The notes under the pieces are model-generated. The model ran no database searches. It was not told the origin of the DNA and saw only the letters and a program-made list of their open reading frames with translations. The translations under genes and the position numbers were made by a program. Positions 8,951 to 18,939 of a stretch of DNA of 64,000 nucleotides are shown here, in pieces. The stretch covers positions 160,001-224,000 of the forward strand of contig JBOEGD010000018.1 of NCBI GenBank assembly GCA_050633245.1. Direction: 5' to 3'. The stretch is from Calditrichia bacterium (GTDB lineage Bacteria > Calditrichota > Calditrichia > RBG-13-44-9 > J075). Numbering within the stretch: position 1 is the stretch's first letter; each line of letters starts with the position of its first letter.

Positions 8951-9631
8951 ATGACAATTCATACGTTACAGCTAAAAGAAACAGTACCCGATTTCAGGGC
9001 GAACAGGGATTGGATTGCCGGCGACAAAATTCAGCTCGAGGATCTTGAACGGGCTGACAAGCATCACGATAGCCGGGATAGCGCGTTGACCGGAAATTCG
9101 TCTACAGGTGCTGGTGGGGTGGATAGCGATGAACTTCGTAAACAAGCCTACGAAGAAGGGTTTCGAATTGGCCAGGAAGCAGGACGAAAAGCTTTGGAAG
9201 AAGAAGTTGAGCAGCTACGCGAAACGGTATCTTCTTTGAGTTCCGTTTTCCCTGAAGCGCTTAACGAGTTGGAAAATCCCCTTTTAGATATCGCAAAACG
9301 GTTGGCTGCAATAGTTCTGGGGGTTAGTGCATTTGATTCTGACCTTTTTCACAAAGCGATGTTGGAAAAATTGCGCGAAATGATCGGGCGACTTGCCGGA
9401 CAAAAGCGCTTTGTGCTGGAGCTAAACCCGGATACGCTCCTGCTCATCGACAAGCATAAACTATTCGCATCTCTGTCGGAGACGGCGATCCCGGAAGTTG
9501 TAATGTTGCCTGATAAACGTTTAAAGCCGGGCGAGTGCATTATAAAAACTGAAGACTTTTTGATTGATGGGACTTTTGGTAACCAAACCGATTTCCTGGT
9601 GGAGCAGCTTATTACCGAGGAAGCCGTATGA
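8951..9631 (+). CDS. fliH: flagellar assembly protein FliH
   Basis: AYEEGFRIGQEAG (GxxxG) repeats, C-terminal PGECII..IDG; between fliG and fliI. Confidence 0.85.
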   Translation: MTIHTLQLKETVPDFRANRDWIAGDKIQLEDLERADKHHDSRDSALTGNSSTGAGGVDSDELRKQAYEEGFRIGQEAGRKALEEEVEQLRETVSSLSSVFPEALNELENPLLDIAKRLAAIVLGVSAFDSDLFHKAMLEKLREMIGRLAGQKRFVLELNPDTLLLIDKHKLFASLSETAIPEVVMLPDKRLKPGECIIKTEDFLIDGTFGNQTDFLVEQLITEEAV

Positions 9632-10956
9632 GTGAATTATCTCAACGATTCGATACGCTGCTGAAAAAAATTGACACAATCGAACCGTTTGATGTTCAGG
9701 GACGGGTAAGCCGTTTAAATGGTATTCTGATTGAAGCGACAGCAATTGGTGGTTCCATCGGGAGTCTTTGTGAGATAGAAACTGCAACCGGCAGAAAAAT
9801 CGAAGCCGAAATTGTTGGTTTTAAAGATCAGATGATTCAGCTAATGGCACTGGGAACCACTTTGGGAATGGCGCCCGGGAATCCGGTTCGTATAAAGTCG
9901 CAGGAAATGACGATTAAAGTGGGCCCGGCGCTGCTCGGCAGGATAATTGACGGATTGGGGAAACCGCTGGATGGACTAGGTGAATTACAGGATGGTGTAG
10001 CTTGTTCGCTCTATAATTCTCCACCGGCATCTTTGGATCGCGAGCGGATATCATCGGTCTTTCCAACCGGAGTTCGCGCGATAGATGGTCTGATTACTTT
10101 TGGCCGGGGGCAGCGGGTTGGTATTTTTGCAGGGAGCGGCGTTGGTAAAAGCGTGCTATTGGGAATGTTGGCAAAACATGCTCAGGCAGAAATAAATGTG
10201 ATTGCGCTCATCGGAGAGCGGGGAAGAGAAGTCCGGGAGTTCATTGAGAGGGATCTTGGCGAAGAAGCTCTAAAACATTCGGTAGTTATTGTTTCTACAT
10301 CCGATAATCCGCCTTCCGTTCGCATAAAAGCTGCGCATTTGGCAACGAGCATCGCTGAGTACTTTCGCACGGCCGGCAAGGATGTGCTTTTAATGATGGA
10401 TTCATTAACCCGGGTTGCTATGGCTCAGCGTGAAATAGGCCTGGCGATCGGAGAACCTCCGACAACAAAAGGGTATACTCCATCTGTTTTTACCTTATTG
10501 CCGGGACTGCTTGAACGCGCCGGAACGGCAAAGACCGGCAGCATTACCGGAGTATATACCGTTTTGGTTGAGGGTGACGATATGGATGAGCCCATTAGCG
10601 ATGCGGCAAGATCTATTTTGGATGGCCACATTGTTTTGAAGCGGGATCTTGCGGTTCAGGGGCATTTCCCTGCAATTGACGTGCTCGAAAGTATCAGCCG
10701 GGTAAAGAATGATGTGCTCACTACCGAGCAGCAGCAAACAACGGTGAGAATACTTGAAAGGCTTGCTGTTTATAAACAGGCAGAGGATCTTATTCGAATC
10801 GGAGCATACAAGGGAGGAACAGATCCTCTCCTCGATCAAAGTATTGCTGCCCGGCCTGAAGTGCTGAAGTTTTTACGTCAGCAGCCTGATGAAGCGTCCG
10901 ACTTTCAGACAACGCAAGAGCAGCTGGCAAAGCTGGTAGCCGGAGGCCAGAAGTGA
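9628..10956 (+). CDS. fliI: flagellar export ATPase FliI
   Basis: GIFAGSGVGKS, ALIGERGREV, MDSLTR, GEPPTTKGY, LDGHIVL. Confidence 0.97.
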   Translation: MSELSQRFDTLLKKIDTIEPFDVQGRVSRLNGILIEATAIGGSIGSLCEIETATGRKIEAEIVGFKDQMIQLMALGTTLGMAPGNPVRIKSQEMTIKVGPALLGRIIDGLGKPLDGLGELQDGVACSLYNSPPASLDRERISSVFPTGVRAIDGLITFGRGQRVGIFAGSGVGKSVLLGMLAKHAQAEINVIALIGERGREVREFIERDLGEEALKHSVVIVSTSDNPPSVRIKAAHLATSIAEYFRTAGKDVLLMMDSLTRVAMAQREIGLAIGEPPTTKGYTPSVFTLLPGLLERAGTAKTGSITGVYTVLVEGDDMDEPISDAARSILDGHIVLKRDLAVQGHFPAIDVLESISRVKNDVLTTEQQQTTVRILERLAVYKQAEDLIRIGAYKGGTDPLLDQSIAARPEVLKFLRQQPDEASDFQTTQEQLAKLVAGGQK

Positions 10957-11417
10957 AGCGCTATAAATTTCGTTTGGAAAGCATTCAAAAGCTGCGTGAA
11001 CGTACCGTCCGGATGCGCCAGGTTGAACGTGCAAATGCGCAGGCTCTATTGATGCAACATGAAGATATATTGAAAAAATCTCTACAGGAAAAAGAACTCT
11101 ATCTGTCGAAGACTCAGCAAAGTCGCAAAAATAAAACATTTTTTACTGCTGTTCAACTACAACAACTGAGTGGTGATTTAAGCGTGCTCGATCAAAAAAT
11201 TTCCGAGCAGTTGGAAGTCGTGAAAGATCAGAAGGAACGGCTAAAGGAAATTGAACATCAGCTGTTGGAAGAAGAAAAAGAGCGAAAAATTATCGAAGAA
11301 TTACGTCAAAAGGATTATGACGACTTTCGGGAACAGCAAAAACGCAAAGTTGCCGAGGAAACGGATTTTATTGCCGAACGATTAATTGAGCGAAAAAGAG
11401 AATGGGAAGAAAACTAA
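10953..11417 (+). CDS. fliJ: flagellar export protein FliJ
   Basis: N-terminal YKFRLESI; coiled-coil; follows fliI. Confidence 0.88.
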   Translation: MKRYKFRLESIQKLRERTVRMRQVERANAQALLMQHEDILKKSLQEKELYLSKTQQSRKNKTFFTAVQLQQLSGDLSVLDQKISEQLEVVKDQKERLKEIEHQLLEEEKERKIIEELRQKDYDDFREQQKRKVAEETDFIAERLIERKREWEEN

Positions 11418-11418
11418 C

Positions 11419-11970
11419 ATGATAAAGTGGATACTGTTATCGCTTGGTACTATAACATTAGTTGCTACAATCGGATTGTATGTCACCCTCTCGCTCAATC
11501 CACCGCAAAAACCGGAAGCTGCTGATGAGGCTGCTGTAAATGCGGTAGCAGACTCTATGGTTGCTGACACTACCGTTGCCGATTCGCTGCTGACTGAAGA
11601 AGAGAAAACAAAGCGAACCATTCAGTCTTTAAAGGAGCAGCTGGCGGAGCAAACCAGAATTGCAGATAGTCTTCAGCTCTTAATTGCCTCATACGAAGAA
11701 CGCTTAAAGCTGTCGGAAGAAAACATAAATGAACAGAAGATGAGCATAGAAGCATTACAAAGGACCAATACAAATGTTGCAGATCTGGCAAAAACGTTTC
11801 AGAATATGAAAGTTGCTGAACTCAAGGCTATTCTACACAGCGTGGATGACAATGCGGCATTGAAAATATATGCAAATATGAACAATCGCTCTCGCAAAAA
11901 ACTGTTACTCGGACTTTCCGGGCAACGCGCAGCAAAATTGACGGAGAAAATTGTTAGCTCAGTGAATTAA
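11419..11970 (+). CDS. MotE/YlxF/FlbB-like protein (TM, coiled coil, MgtE_N-like domain)
   Basis: N-terminal TM helix, coiled coil, LAKTFQNMK..AIL repeats; between fliJ and fliK. Confidence 0.7.
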   Translation: MIKWILLSLGTITLVATIGLYVTLSLNPPQKPEAADEAAVNAVADSMVADTTVADSLLTEEEKTKRTIQSLKEQLAEQTRIADSLQLLIASYEERLKLSEENINEQKMSIEALQRTNTNVADLAKTFQNMKVAELKAILHSVDDNAALKIYANMNNRSRKKLLLGLSGQRAAKLTEKIVSSVN

Positions 11971-11985
11971 CATCGAGGGATAGAG

Positions 11986-14559
11986 ATGAAGACCCCGGGA
12001 TTGGGTCAGCAGACGACCAGTGCTTTGCATGCAAAGCAACAACATAATACTATAGGCAGCAAGTCAGAATTTGGTGGTTTAATGGGCTTTCTGCAACAAT
12101 CTGCAATGAAGCTACTTGCCGGTGCGACGCCAAAGACTCTTTCCGTGACGGAACCGACCCATCGCTTCGTCCAGAACAACTCTGACAAAGAGTCGGCAAA
12201 AGAGGGTGCTGAAAAAAAGATCCTTCCATCCGAACTTTTAAAGCAATCAGGGCACGATCTCTTGCGTCTTTCTTTTCCGACGGCCGAGTATCAGTCAATG
12301 ATGTTGAGCCCGGAGAACCTGTCGAGAAATCCTTCCGTCATTTTAACTGAAGACACGTCAGATAATTTGTTCACTGGCGTATCGGATGGAGATGACACGG
12401 ATGACGTTCAGGGAATCGTTCAAATTAAGAGCAAAAGCGAAGCCGGACCTTTACTACAATCGAGAGAGGAAATATCCGATACTCAGGCGGTTGAACAGAC
12501 GTTATTGCTTCCACCAGCGTTTTTCCCGCTATCTGATAGTCCTTCGGATGTTCAATTGCCTGATGAAAGCATACGGGAAATTTCACATGCAATAACAGCC
12601 ATTTTAAATCAGACAGACGGGGCAGCCTCAATAGAAGTGTCTGTGAAGGGGGCTTCACTTATTGCTATGGATATTCTGCCGCAACATAATAAACCACATC
12701 ATTTTGCAGTTGTGATGCGCCAAAATAATCTTGCAAAACCTGTGCAGCTGGTGAATAGAATAGCAAATGTTTTGGGAGCTTCTGTATCTCCAATATCCGA
12801 ATTACCCGCGAAAGCAAAGACTTTGGTTCGGGGTAACACGTATGTTGCTTCTGAGAGAAGGGGGAATGCTTCTACTGTCCAAAAATATGCACTGCCAAAT
12901 ATGATACAGGGACCCTCCTCACCTCGAAGTATAAAAAATAATTATGCTACGGGAGAAATACGCTCCGGCAATTCTTCACTTTCCGTTTCTAATTATATGG
13001 CGGATGAGGAATCCCCCAAATTAATATTACAGAATCGAATAGGGCAGAGTTCTCCGAAAGAGAAGAGTATTCTAAAAAACGATCTGGTTGCGAATCTTAC
13101 CGCGGAGAACAATGGAAATTCGCGTGAAAAATTATCGGGCATTGCAAAAGCGCAGATTGACAATGGTTTGAAAGCCGATCAGACCGCTTCGCAAAATAAC
13201 CGCCAGCCCAGATCGCTGAATGAAAAATATATAGCGAGGGCAAATCATGCGGTTGTTCCCGAGCAACCCGAACCAGATGCGCCTGGCAAAGTAGGGACTG
13301 TTTCTTCTGGAGTTTGGAATGAAGCAGTGAGGGAAAGGCCTTTTAATACTCAGCAAAATGTAGCAGCGCCAGTTGTCCGCTCAGGTTCTGAAACACCTTT
13401 TTCAATTGACGACACTGTGTTCTCAAACAAGGCTCCGATAACTGAAACCGAAGGTGTTGTAAAGCCTTCAAATAAGCAGAATGGTCTTGAACCCATATTT
13501 TCAGATAACGCAATACGGCATGCTCCCCGGCGTCAAACCGCTACGCAAAACCCGCGAAATGTCGCGGTCTCGGATCTCCTGGAAAAGCAGGATGTTTCAG
13601 CAAAAACACCACCACCTCCGCTGGAAACAGCAGGGATAGTAAGCTCACTGTCTGAAGCCATTGATATTCGTGTTTTCTATAAACAAAACAAGCGAAGCTA
13701 CAGCAGCAATGCTCATACGATTCAGCCAAAGAAAGAGCCTGAGATTATCCCATTGGGAAGTGATTTCGATAAGGTTGAGATAGAAAAAAATCAGCCTCTG
13801 CGTGTTTCTTCGGATGGTGCTTTTTCAGCAGTTCTTCCCAAAGCGAAACGGGTAAAACAGTTGACAAATGGGCACAAGACTAAAGACGGTATCCCCTTGG
13901 GTGGAATTAAAAAGGCGACGCATCTAAATGAACCTTTTGCAAACATTTCTACTCAGAACTCGCTACCGGAAGCGAGTCTAAATCCTGAAGTGGATCCGGG
14001 GCCGAAAAAGAAGGTGATGGCTGCTGAAAATAGTATTGATGTATCGACCGATCTGTCGGGGGCAACAAAAGAAGGGCGGGTAACGTCTCCCGAGAAAAGT
14101 CTCCCGGGCAGTGGGCCGGGCGCTCTTCCGGCAAAGGTTCGCTATGATTTTATGCGGGCGATTAAACAGGTTATTCATCGTTATCAACAAGAACAGAATC
14201 AAGAGCAGCTTCAGTCCAGCTTTCGGGTTCAAACCCAGGCACTGGGTAACTTGGATATTCACATTTTGGAAGATGAAGCGGGATTTCAAATTCAGATTTT
14301 CGCCGATCAGGAAGCTGCGCGAAGTCGTTTGGAAAAGGAATTGCCAGCGCTTGAAAAATCGCTGGATGAGTTAAACATCTCTCTTGGCAGCATCGCTGTT
14401 GATGTCGGTGGGCAGACGAATAATTTTCGTGAACCACCTCCACGAAAACGAGAGTCAGGGAATAACAACTTTGCAGATTCTGGTGCTTCGCCAGCAGAAG
14501 AGGCAACGATAAAAAACCAAAGGTTTGTTGGAACGAATACCATCGAAATATACGTGTAA
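11986..14559 (+). CDS. fliK: hook-length control protein FliK
   Basis: Long low-complexity N-terminal region; C-terminal T3S4-like domain (ALGNLDIHI..ARSRLEKELPALEKSL); immediately before flgD. Confidence 0.8.
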   Translation: MKTPGLGQQTTSALHAKQQHNTIGSKSEFGGLMGFLQQSAMKLLAGATPKTLSVTEPTHRFVQNNSDKESAKEGAEKKILPSELLKQSGHDLLRLSFPTAEYQSMMLSPENLSRNPSVILTEDTSDNLFTGVSDGDDTDDVQGIVQIKSKSEAGPLLQSREEISDTQAVEQTLLLPPAFFPLSDSPSDVQLPDESIREISHAITAILNQTDGAASIEVSVKGASLIAMDILPQHNKPHHFAVVMRQNNLAKPVQLVNRIANVLGASVSPISELPAKAKTLVRGNTYVASERRGNASTVQKYALPNMIQGPSSPRSIKNNYATGEIRSGNSSLSVSNYMADEESPKLILQNRIGQSSPKEKSILKNDLVANLTAENNGNSREKLSGIAKAQIDNGLKADQTASQNNRQPRSLNEKYIARANHAVVPEQPEPDAPGKVGTVSSGVWNEAVRERPFNTQQNVAAPVVRSGSETPFSIDDTVFSNKAPITETEGVVKPSNKQNGLEPIFSDNAIRHAPRRQTATQNPRNVAVSDLLEKQDVSAKTPPPPLETAGIVSSLSEAIDIRVFYKQNKRSYSSNAHTIQPKKEPEIIPLGSDFDKVEIEKNQPLRVSSDGAFSAVLPKAKRVKQLTNGHKTKDGIPLGGIKKATHLNEPFANISTQNSLPEASLNPEVDPGPKKKVMAAENSIDVSTDLSGATKEGRVTSPEKSLPGSGPGALPAKVRYDFMRAIKQVIHRYQQEQNQEQLQSSFRVQTQALGNLDIHILEDEAGFQIQIFADQEAARSRLEKELPALEKSLDELNISLGSIAVDVGGQTNNFREPPPRKRESGNNNFADSGASPAEEATIKNQRFVGTNTIEIYV

Positions 14560-14572
14560 TAAGGAGACGTTT

Positions 14573-15247
14573 ATGGAAATAACAAATGCATTGCAAAGTG
14601 CCGGTGTTGGCGGTAACCAAAGTGTATTCCAGGATTCACTGGGAGGAGAAGAGTTTCTACAATTGCTCGTTGCCCAGCTGCAGAATCAGGATCCGCTTTC
14701 GCCGATGGAGAGTCAGGAATTCGCGGCTGAATTGGCGCAATTCAGCTCGTTAGAAAAGCTGGCAAGTATCGACGATACTCTGGCTGAGTCAGTCAGCACA
14801 GATATCGTATTAACCCAGGCTATCAATAATACGTTGGCCTCTACGTTACTTGGTCAGGAAGTAACTGCTGTTGGAAATACGTTTGCGCTTTCTCCGGGGG
14901 AAGACACAGATCTAACGTTCCGGTTGGGAGATTATGCTGAAAGTGTCGACGTGGTTATCTATGATGGAAGTGGAAATGAAGTTCGGCGAATTGATGCGGG
15001 AAGCATGAATTCCGGCGAGCACACGATAGACTGGGATGGAAAAGGGCAGGACGGCAGAGAAATGCTTGCCGGCGACTATTCCTTTCAGGTCGAGGCAACA
15101 TCCGCTACTGGCGATCCGGTCTCTGCTATGACTTTGATTCGCGGGGCCATTAGCTCAATTCGATATGAAAATGGGGCAGCGGTTTTGATTATTAACGGAG
15201 GCGAAATCGCCTTTAGCAATGTTTTAGAAATTGCGACAGCACCATAA
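14573..15247 (+). CDS. flgD: hook capping protein FlgD
   Basis: FLQLLVAQLQNQDPLSPM, LAQFSSLE, WDGK; AAGGAG SD. Confidence 0.96.
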   Translation: MEITNALQSAGVGGNQSVFQDSLGGEEFLQLLVAQLQNQDPLSPMESQEFAAELAQFSSLEKLASIDDTLAESVSTDIVLTQAINNTLASTLLGQEVTAVGNTFALSPGEDTDLTFRLGDYAESVDVVIYDGSGNEVRRIDAGSMNSGEHTIDWDGKGQDGREMLAGDYSFQVEATSATGDPVSAMTLIRGAISSIRYENGAAVLIINGGEIAFSNVLEIATAP

Positions 15248-15357
15248 CAAAAAGCGGCAGTCCCTATGAATTGAAAGTTTGAGCGAATGCTCTTTACTCA
15301 AGGAAGGCCATAACAAGATTCAATAGTATTGTTGAATTTACCAGGAAGGGAGTAGTA

Positions 15358-17328
15358 ATGTTAAGATCACTCTATGCCGGTGTATCCGGTCTGAGAAATC
15401 ATCAAACGAAACTCGATGTTTTGGGTAATAATATTGCAAATGTGAATACGGTAGGCTTTAAATCCAGCCGGGTTGTTTTCTCGCAAGCACTTACCCAAGC
15501 ATTTTCCGAGTCTAAAAACAGCTCTGGTAACGGGTTTCTAAATCCAGTTCAAATCGGATTGGGTGTACAGGTTAACAGCATTGATCGCCTGTTTAACCAG
15601 GGAGCTTTTGAAAGCACCGGTAATATGACTGATATGGCGATTGAAGGAGATGGCTTTTTTATACTGTCGAATGGTGACAACTCCTTCTATTCACGTAGCG
15701 GCAACTTCTCGTTTGATCAGGCAGGAAATCTTGTTAATCCCAAGGGAATGACTGTACAAGGTTGGTTGCTTGACGGTAATGAAACGGCAATTGGTAGTGC
15801 CGGCCTGCAAGATATTCAGATTGATGACAGCATTATGTCTGATGCTCGAGCAACCAGTCGAATCGGTTTATCTGGAAATATAGATGCCAGCTTATCGCCA
15901 CGCGCTCAGGAATGGACGTTGAGTAATGCGTTAACCACTAAGGCGTTGCTTACCGGAAGCAGTGTTACTGCGCCACTTACTGTTACAGCAGGTGTAAACG
16001 ATGAGCTCAGTATTGCTCTGTCCGGTAATGGGGCTCCGGTAACTGAATCCTTAACGCTTTCCGCGAACACCTATGCTACGGTAGATGATGTAGTTACCGA
16101 ACTGAATGCACAGATCACTACTATAGCGGGGCTCGCCGGTTCGGTTGAAGCAGTAAACCGCGGTGGACAAATCACTTTTCGTTCACTGGATGGGGTCGAC
16201 TCGACGCGAATTGAAGTAGGTAGCGGCACCAATGATGTGCTTGGCGATCTTGGCTTTAGTGATGGTGATACTGCCACAGCCGGTTCAATTGCAACTGAAA
16301 CGACGGACATTAATGATCTGATCAATGTGAGTACCGACTTCATTACCGGGGATCGTCTTAATATTTCAGGTGCAAATATGGACGGTTCTCAGGTGAGCGG
16401 TGCATTTGCGTATGGAACTGACGGGACGACGCTCGCAGATTTTGTAAATTCATTATCTACAACATATTCATCTTCCACAGCCTCACTGGTGGATGGACAG
16501 ATTGTTTTAACTGATGATGCAGCAGGAGACAGTGAAACGATTATCACCATTATCAGCGATTCTACAAACACCGGTTCAATGAACTTTCCGGGTTTTAGCA
16601 GCACTGTTGATGGTTTTACCGGAATGGCTTCAACCTCCGTTCAGGTTTTTGATAGTCTTGGTGGTGGACATAATCTACTCCTGGAGTATACGAAAACCGA
16701 GAATCCCGGGGAATGGACCTGGGAAGTAACTGCCGGAGGAGATGAAGAAATTCTGAGTGGAGGCAGCGGACGCGTTCTCTTCAATGAGTTCGGAGAAATG
16801 GTGTCGTTTACCTACGATAATAGCGATACTTCTCTTCGAATTAATCCCGGCAATAGTGCTGCTGTTATGGAGATTGCGATTGAAGCAGATGGTGAAGATG
16901 GCTTTGCCGGTCTGTCGCAGTTCGACTCAGCATCAACTCTCTATGTTGCTGAGCAGGATGGTCGCACAACCGGACAGCTTCTTGGGCTAAATATTAGTCG
17001 TGAAGGAACTGTAAGCGGAGCTTTTTCCAATGGAGAGATCATGAATTTGGCACAGATCGCATTAGCTCGCTTTGGCAATAACAGTGGACTAATTGATTTG
17101 GGTGATGGTCTAAACGAAGAAAGCATCTCCTCGGGACAAGCTGAAATTACCGGTCTTGTCGACAATTCCGGGGTGAGTATTGCTGCAGGTGTGCTCGAGA
17201 TGTCGAATGTCGATTTGTCACGGGAATTTACTGAGCTGATTGTAGCTCAGCGAGGATTTCAGGCGAATGCTAAAGTAATTACTACAGCAGACACGATTCT
17301 TGACGAACTTATAAGACTCAAGAGATAA
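15358..17328 (+). CDS. flgE: hook protein FlgE with a large central insertion
   Basis: MLRSLYAGVSGL..GNNIANVNTVGFK; LEMSNVDLSREFTELIVAQRGFQAN. Confidence 0.96.
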   Translation: MLRSLYAGVSGLRNHQTKLDVLGNNIANVNTVGFKSSRVVFSQALTQAFSESKNSSGNGFLNPVQIGLGVQVNSIDRLFNQGAFESTGNMTDMAIEGDGFFILSNGDNSFYSRSGNFSFDQAGNLVNPKGMTVQGWLLDGNETAIGSAGLQDIQIDDSIMSDARATSRIGLSGNIDASLSPRAQEWTLSNALTTKALLTGSSVTAPLTVTAGVNDELSIALSGNGAPVTESLTLSANTYATVDDVVTELNAQITTIAGLAGSVEAVNRGGQITFRSLDGVDSTRIEVGSGTNDVLGDLGFSDGDTATAGSIATETTDINDLINVSTDFITGDRLNISGANMDGSQVSGAFAYGTDGTTLADFVNSLSTTYSSSTASLVDGQIVLTDDAAGDSETIITIISDSTNTGSMNFPGFSSTVDGFTGMASTSVQVFDSLGGGHNLLLEYTKTENPGEWTWEVTAGGDEEILSGGSGRVLFNEFGEMVSFTYDNSDTSLRINPGNSAAVMEIAIEADGEDGFAGLSQFDSASTLYVAEQDGRTTGQLLGLNISREGTVSGAFSNGEIMNLAQIALARFGNNSGLIDLGDGLNEESISSGQAEITGLVDNSGVSIAAGVLEMSNVDLSREFTELIVAQRGFQANAKVITTADTILDELIRLKR

Positions 17329-17343
17329 TAATTAGCTCATAAA

Positions 17344-17381
17344 TATGCTATCGGAAACAGGCTTCTGTTTCCGATAGCATA
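17344..17381 (+). terminator. perfect 17-bp stem-loop after flgE (no U-tract on + strand)
   Basis: TATGCTATCGGAAACAG-GCTT-CTGTTTCCGATAGCATA. Confidence 0.6.
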
Positions 17382-17408
17382 AAAGCTTAACTGTTAGGAG
17401 CATGCTCT

Positions 17409-18197
17409 GTGGATTTATCAACATTAATTGGGATTGTTTCAGGTGCTTTACTGGTTCTGATTTCCATTCTTCTTGGTGGAAGCGCAGCGATTTTCGTGCA
17501 CGTGCCTTCTATGCTTATGGTATTTGGTGGCGCACTTGCTGCTACTCTTATCAGCTATAAGATGGAGCATGTAACCGGTGTAATGAGCGTATTGCAGAAA
17601 ACGCTGAAAGTGAATCTGGCTGAAAACTCCGCTATTGTTGAACAGTTAACCGAGCTGGCGCGTTTGGTTAGGAAAGACGGAGCACTCGCCCTGGATGAAG
17701 AAGTTCGAAAAATTGACGATACTTTTTTACGTGGCGGCCTGGAAATGGTTATTGATGGGAGCGATACAGATACCGTTCGCGAAATTATGGAATTAGAACT
17801 TTCCTACCTTATGGAACGGCATAAGCTGGGGCAGGGGATTTTTAACGCATTGGGAATGTATGCGCCCGCTTTTGGAATGATTGGAACTTTGGTTGGGCTA
17901 ATTGCCATGCTTCAACAGTTGGATGACCCTTCAAATATCGGAGGTGGTATGGCCGTGGCTCTTATCACCACTTTTTATGGTGCACTGGGTTCGAACCTTA
18001 TTTTTATACCGCTGGCTAAAAAGCTGAAAACCAAGTCAAGTGAGGAAGTTATCTCGAAAGAGATGATTATTGAAGGCGTATTGTCAATTCAACGGGGTGA
18101 GCATCCAAATAATGTTAGTAGAAAGTTGTATAGCTTCCTACCGCCAAGTCTTCGCTCTGGAAGCACGGCTGAAGTTGAAGCTGCGAGCGTGGGGTAA
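17409..18197 (+). CDS. motA: flagellar stator A subunit (PomA/MotA), copy 2
   Basis: MDLSTLIG; APAFGMIGTLVGLIAML; MAVALITTFYG. Confidence 0.95.
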   Translation: MDLSTLIGIVSGALLVLISILLGGSAAIFVHVPSMLMVFGGALAATLISYKMEHVTGVMSVLQKTLKVNLAENSAIVEQLTELARLVRKDGALALDEEVRKIDDTFLRGGLEMVIDGSDTDTVREIMELELSYLMERHKLGQGIFNALGMYAPAFGMIGTLVGLIAMLQQLDDPSNIGGGMAVALITTFYGALGSNLIFIPLAKKLKTKSSEEVISKEMIIEGVLSIQRGEHPNNVSRKLYSFLPPSLRSGSTAEVEAASVG

Positions 18198-18203
18198 AAT
18201 TAA

Positions 18204-18899
18204 ATGAAGAAAAAAATTGAAGAAGACGAAGAGCTTACAGCCCCATTTTGGATGACAACCTACGGAGACATGGTTACCTTGATGCTGACGTTTTTTATCC
18301 TTTTGGTTTCCTATTCTACTATTGAGTTGGAAAAGTTTCGTGGGGCTATGGAATCGTTGAAGGGGGCACTTGGGATTTTTGAGGGGCACGAAAGCCCGCA
18401 AAAAAGCCCTTACCTCAACTTTGATACGAACAACTCCTCGCGTAGAGCCGATTTAAATGATCGAGCTAAGCAGATGGAGTCACTCATTCTGGCAGACAGC
18501 TTGCAGCATATTGTGGAATTTGAAATATTAGAAAGCGGTGTCTTGTTGCGTCTGGGGCAGGAAGTATTATTTGATGTTGGAAGCGTTGAACTGAAAGGTG
18601 AGGCTCATGAAATTCTTGCGATACTAAGTGAGATTCTTAAAGCTGATCTGAAAGAAATACAGGTGGAAGGGCACACGGATGATGTTCCTATTAGCACTAC
18701 TCGCTTTCCCTCGAACTGGGAGCTTTCTGCAGCAAGAGCACTTAGTGTGGTGCGCTACTTCTTTGAAGTAGAGGGAATCCCGGAGAAGCATCTGGTAGCT
18801 GTTGGTCGTGGAGAACATCGCCCACTTGTGGCAAATGATTCACGAGAAAACAGGCGTAAGAACCGCCGGGTTGAAATAATGATTAAATGGACAGACTGA
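18204..18899 (+). CDS. motB: flagellar stator B subunit (PomB/MotB), copy 2
   Basis: WMTTYGDMVTLMLTFFILL; VEGHTD; NWELSAARA; NRRVEI. Confidence 0.95.
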   Translation: MKKKIEEDEELTAPFWMTTYGDMVTLMLTFFILLVSYSTIELEKFRGAMESLKGALGIFEGHESPQKSPYLNFDTNNSSRRADLNDRAKQMESLILADSLQHIVEFEILESGVLLRLGQEVLFDVGSVELKGEAHEILAILSEILKADLKEIQVEGHTDDVPISTTRFPSNWELSAARALSVVRYFFEVEGIPEKHLVAVGRGEHRPLVANDSRENRRKNRRVEIMIKWTD

Positions 18900-18939
18900 A
18901 TTTTAAACATGTTCGCTGAAATAGAAGAGGCATTATCTC

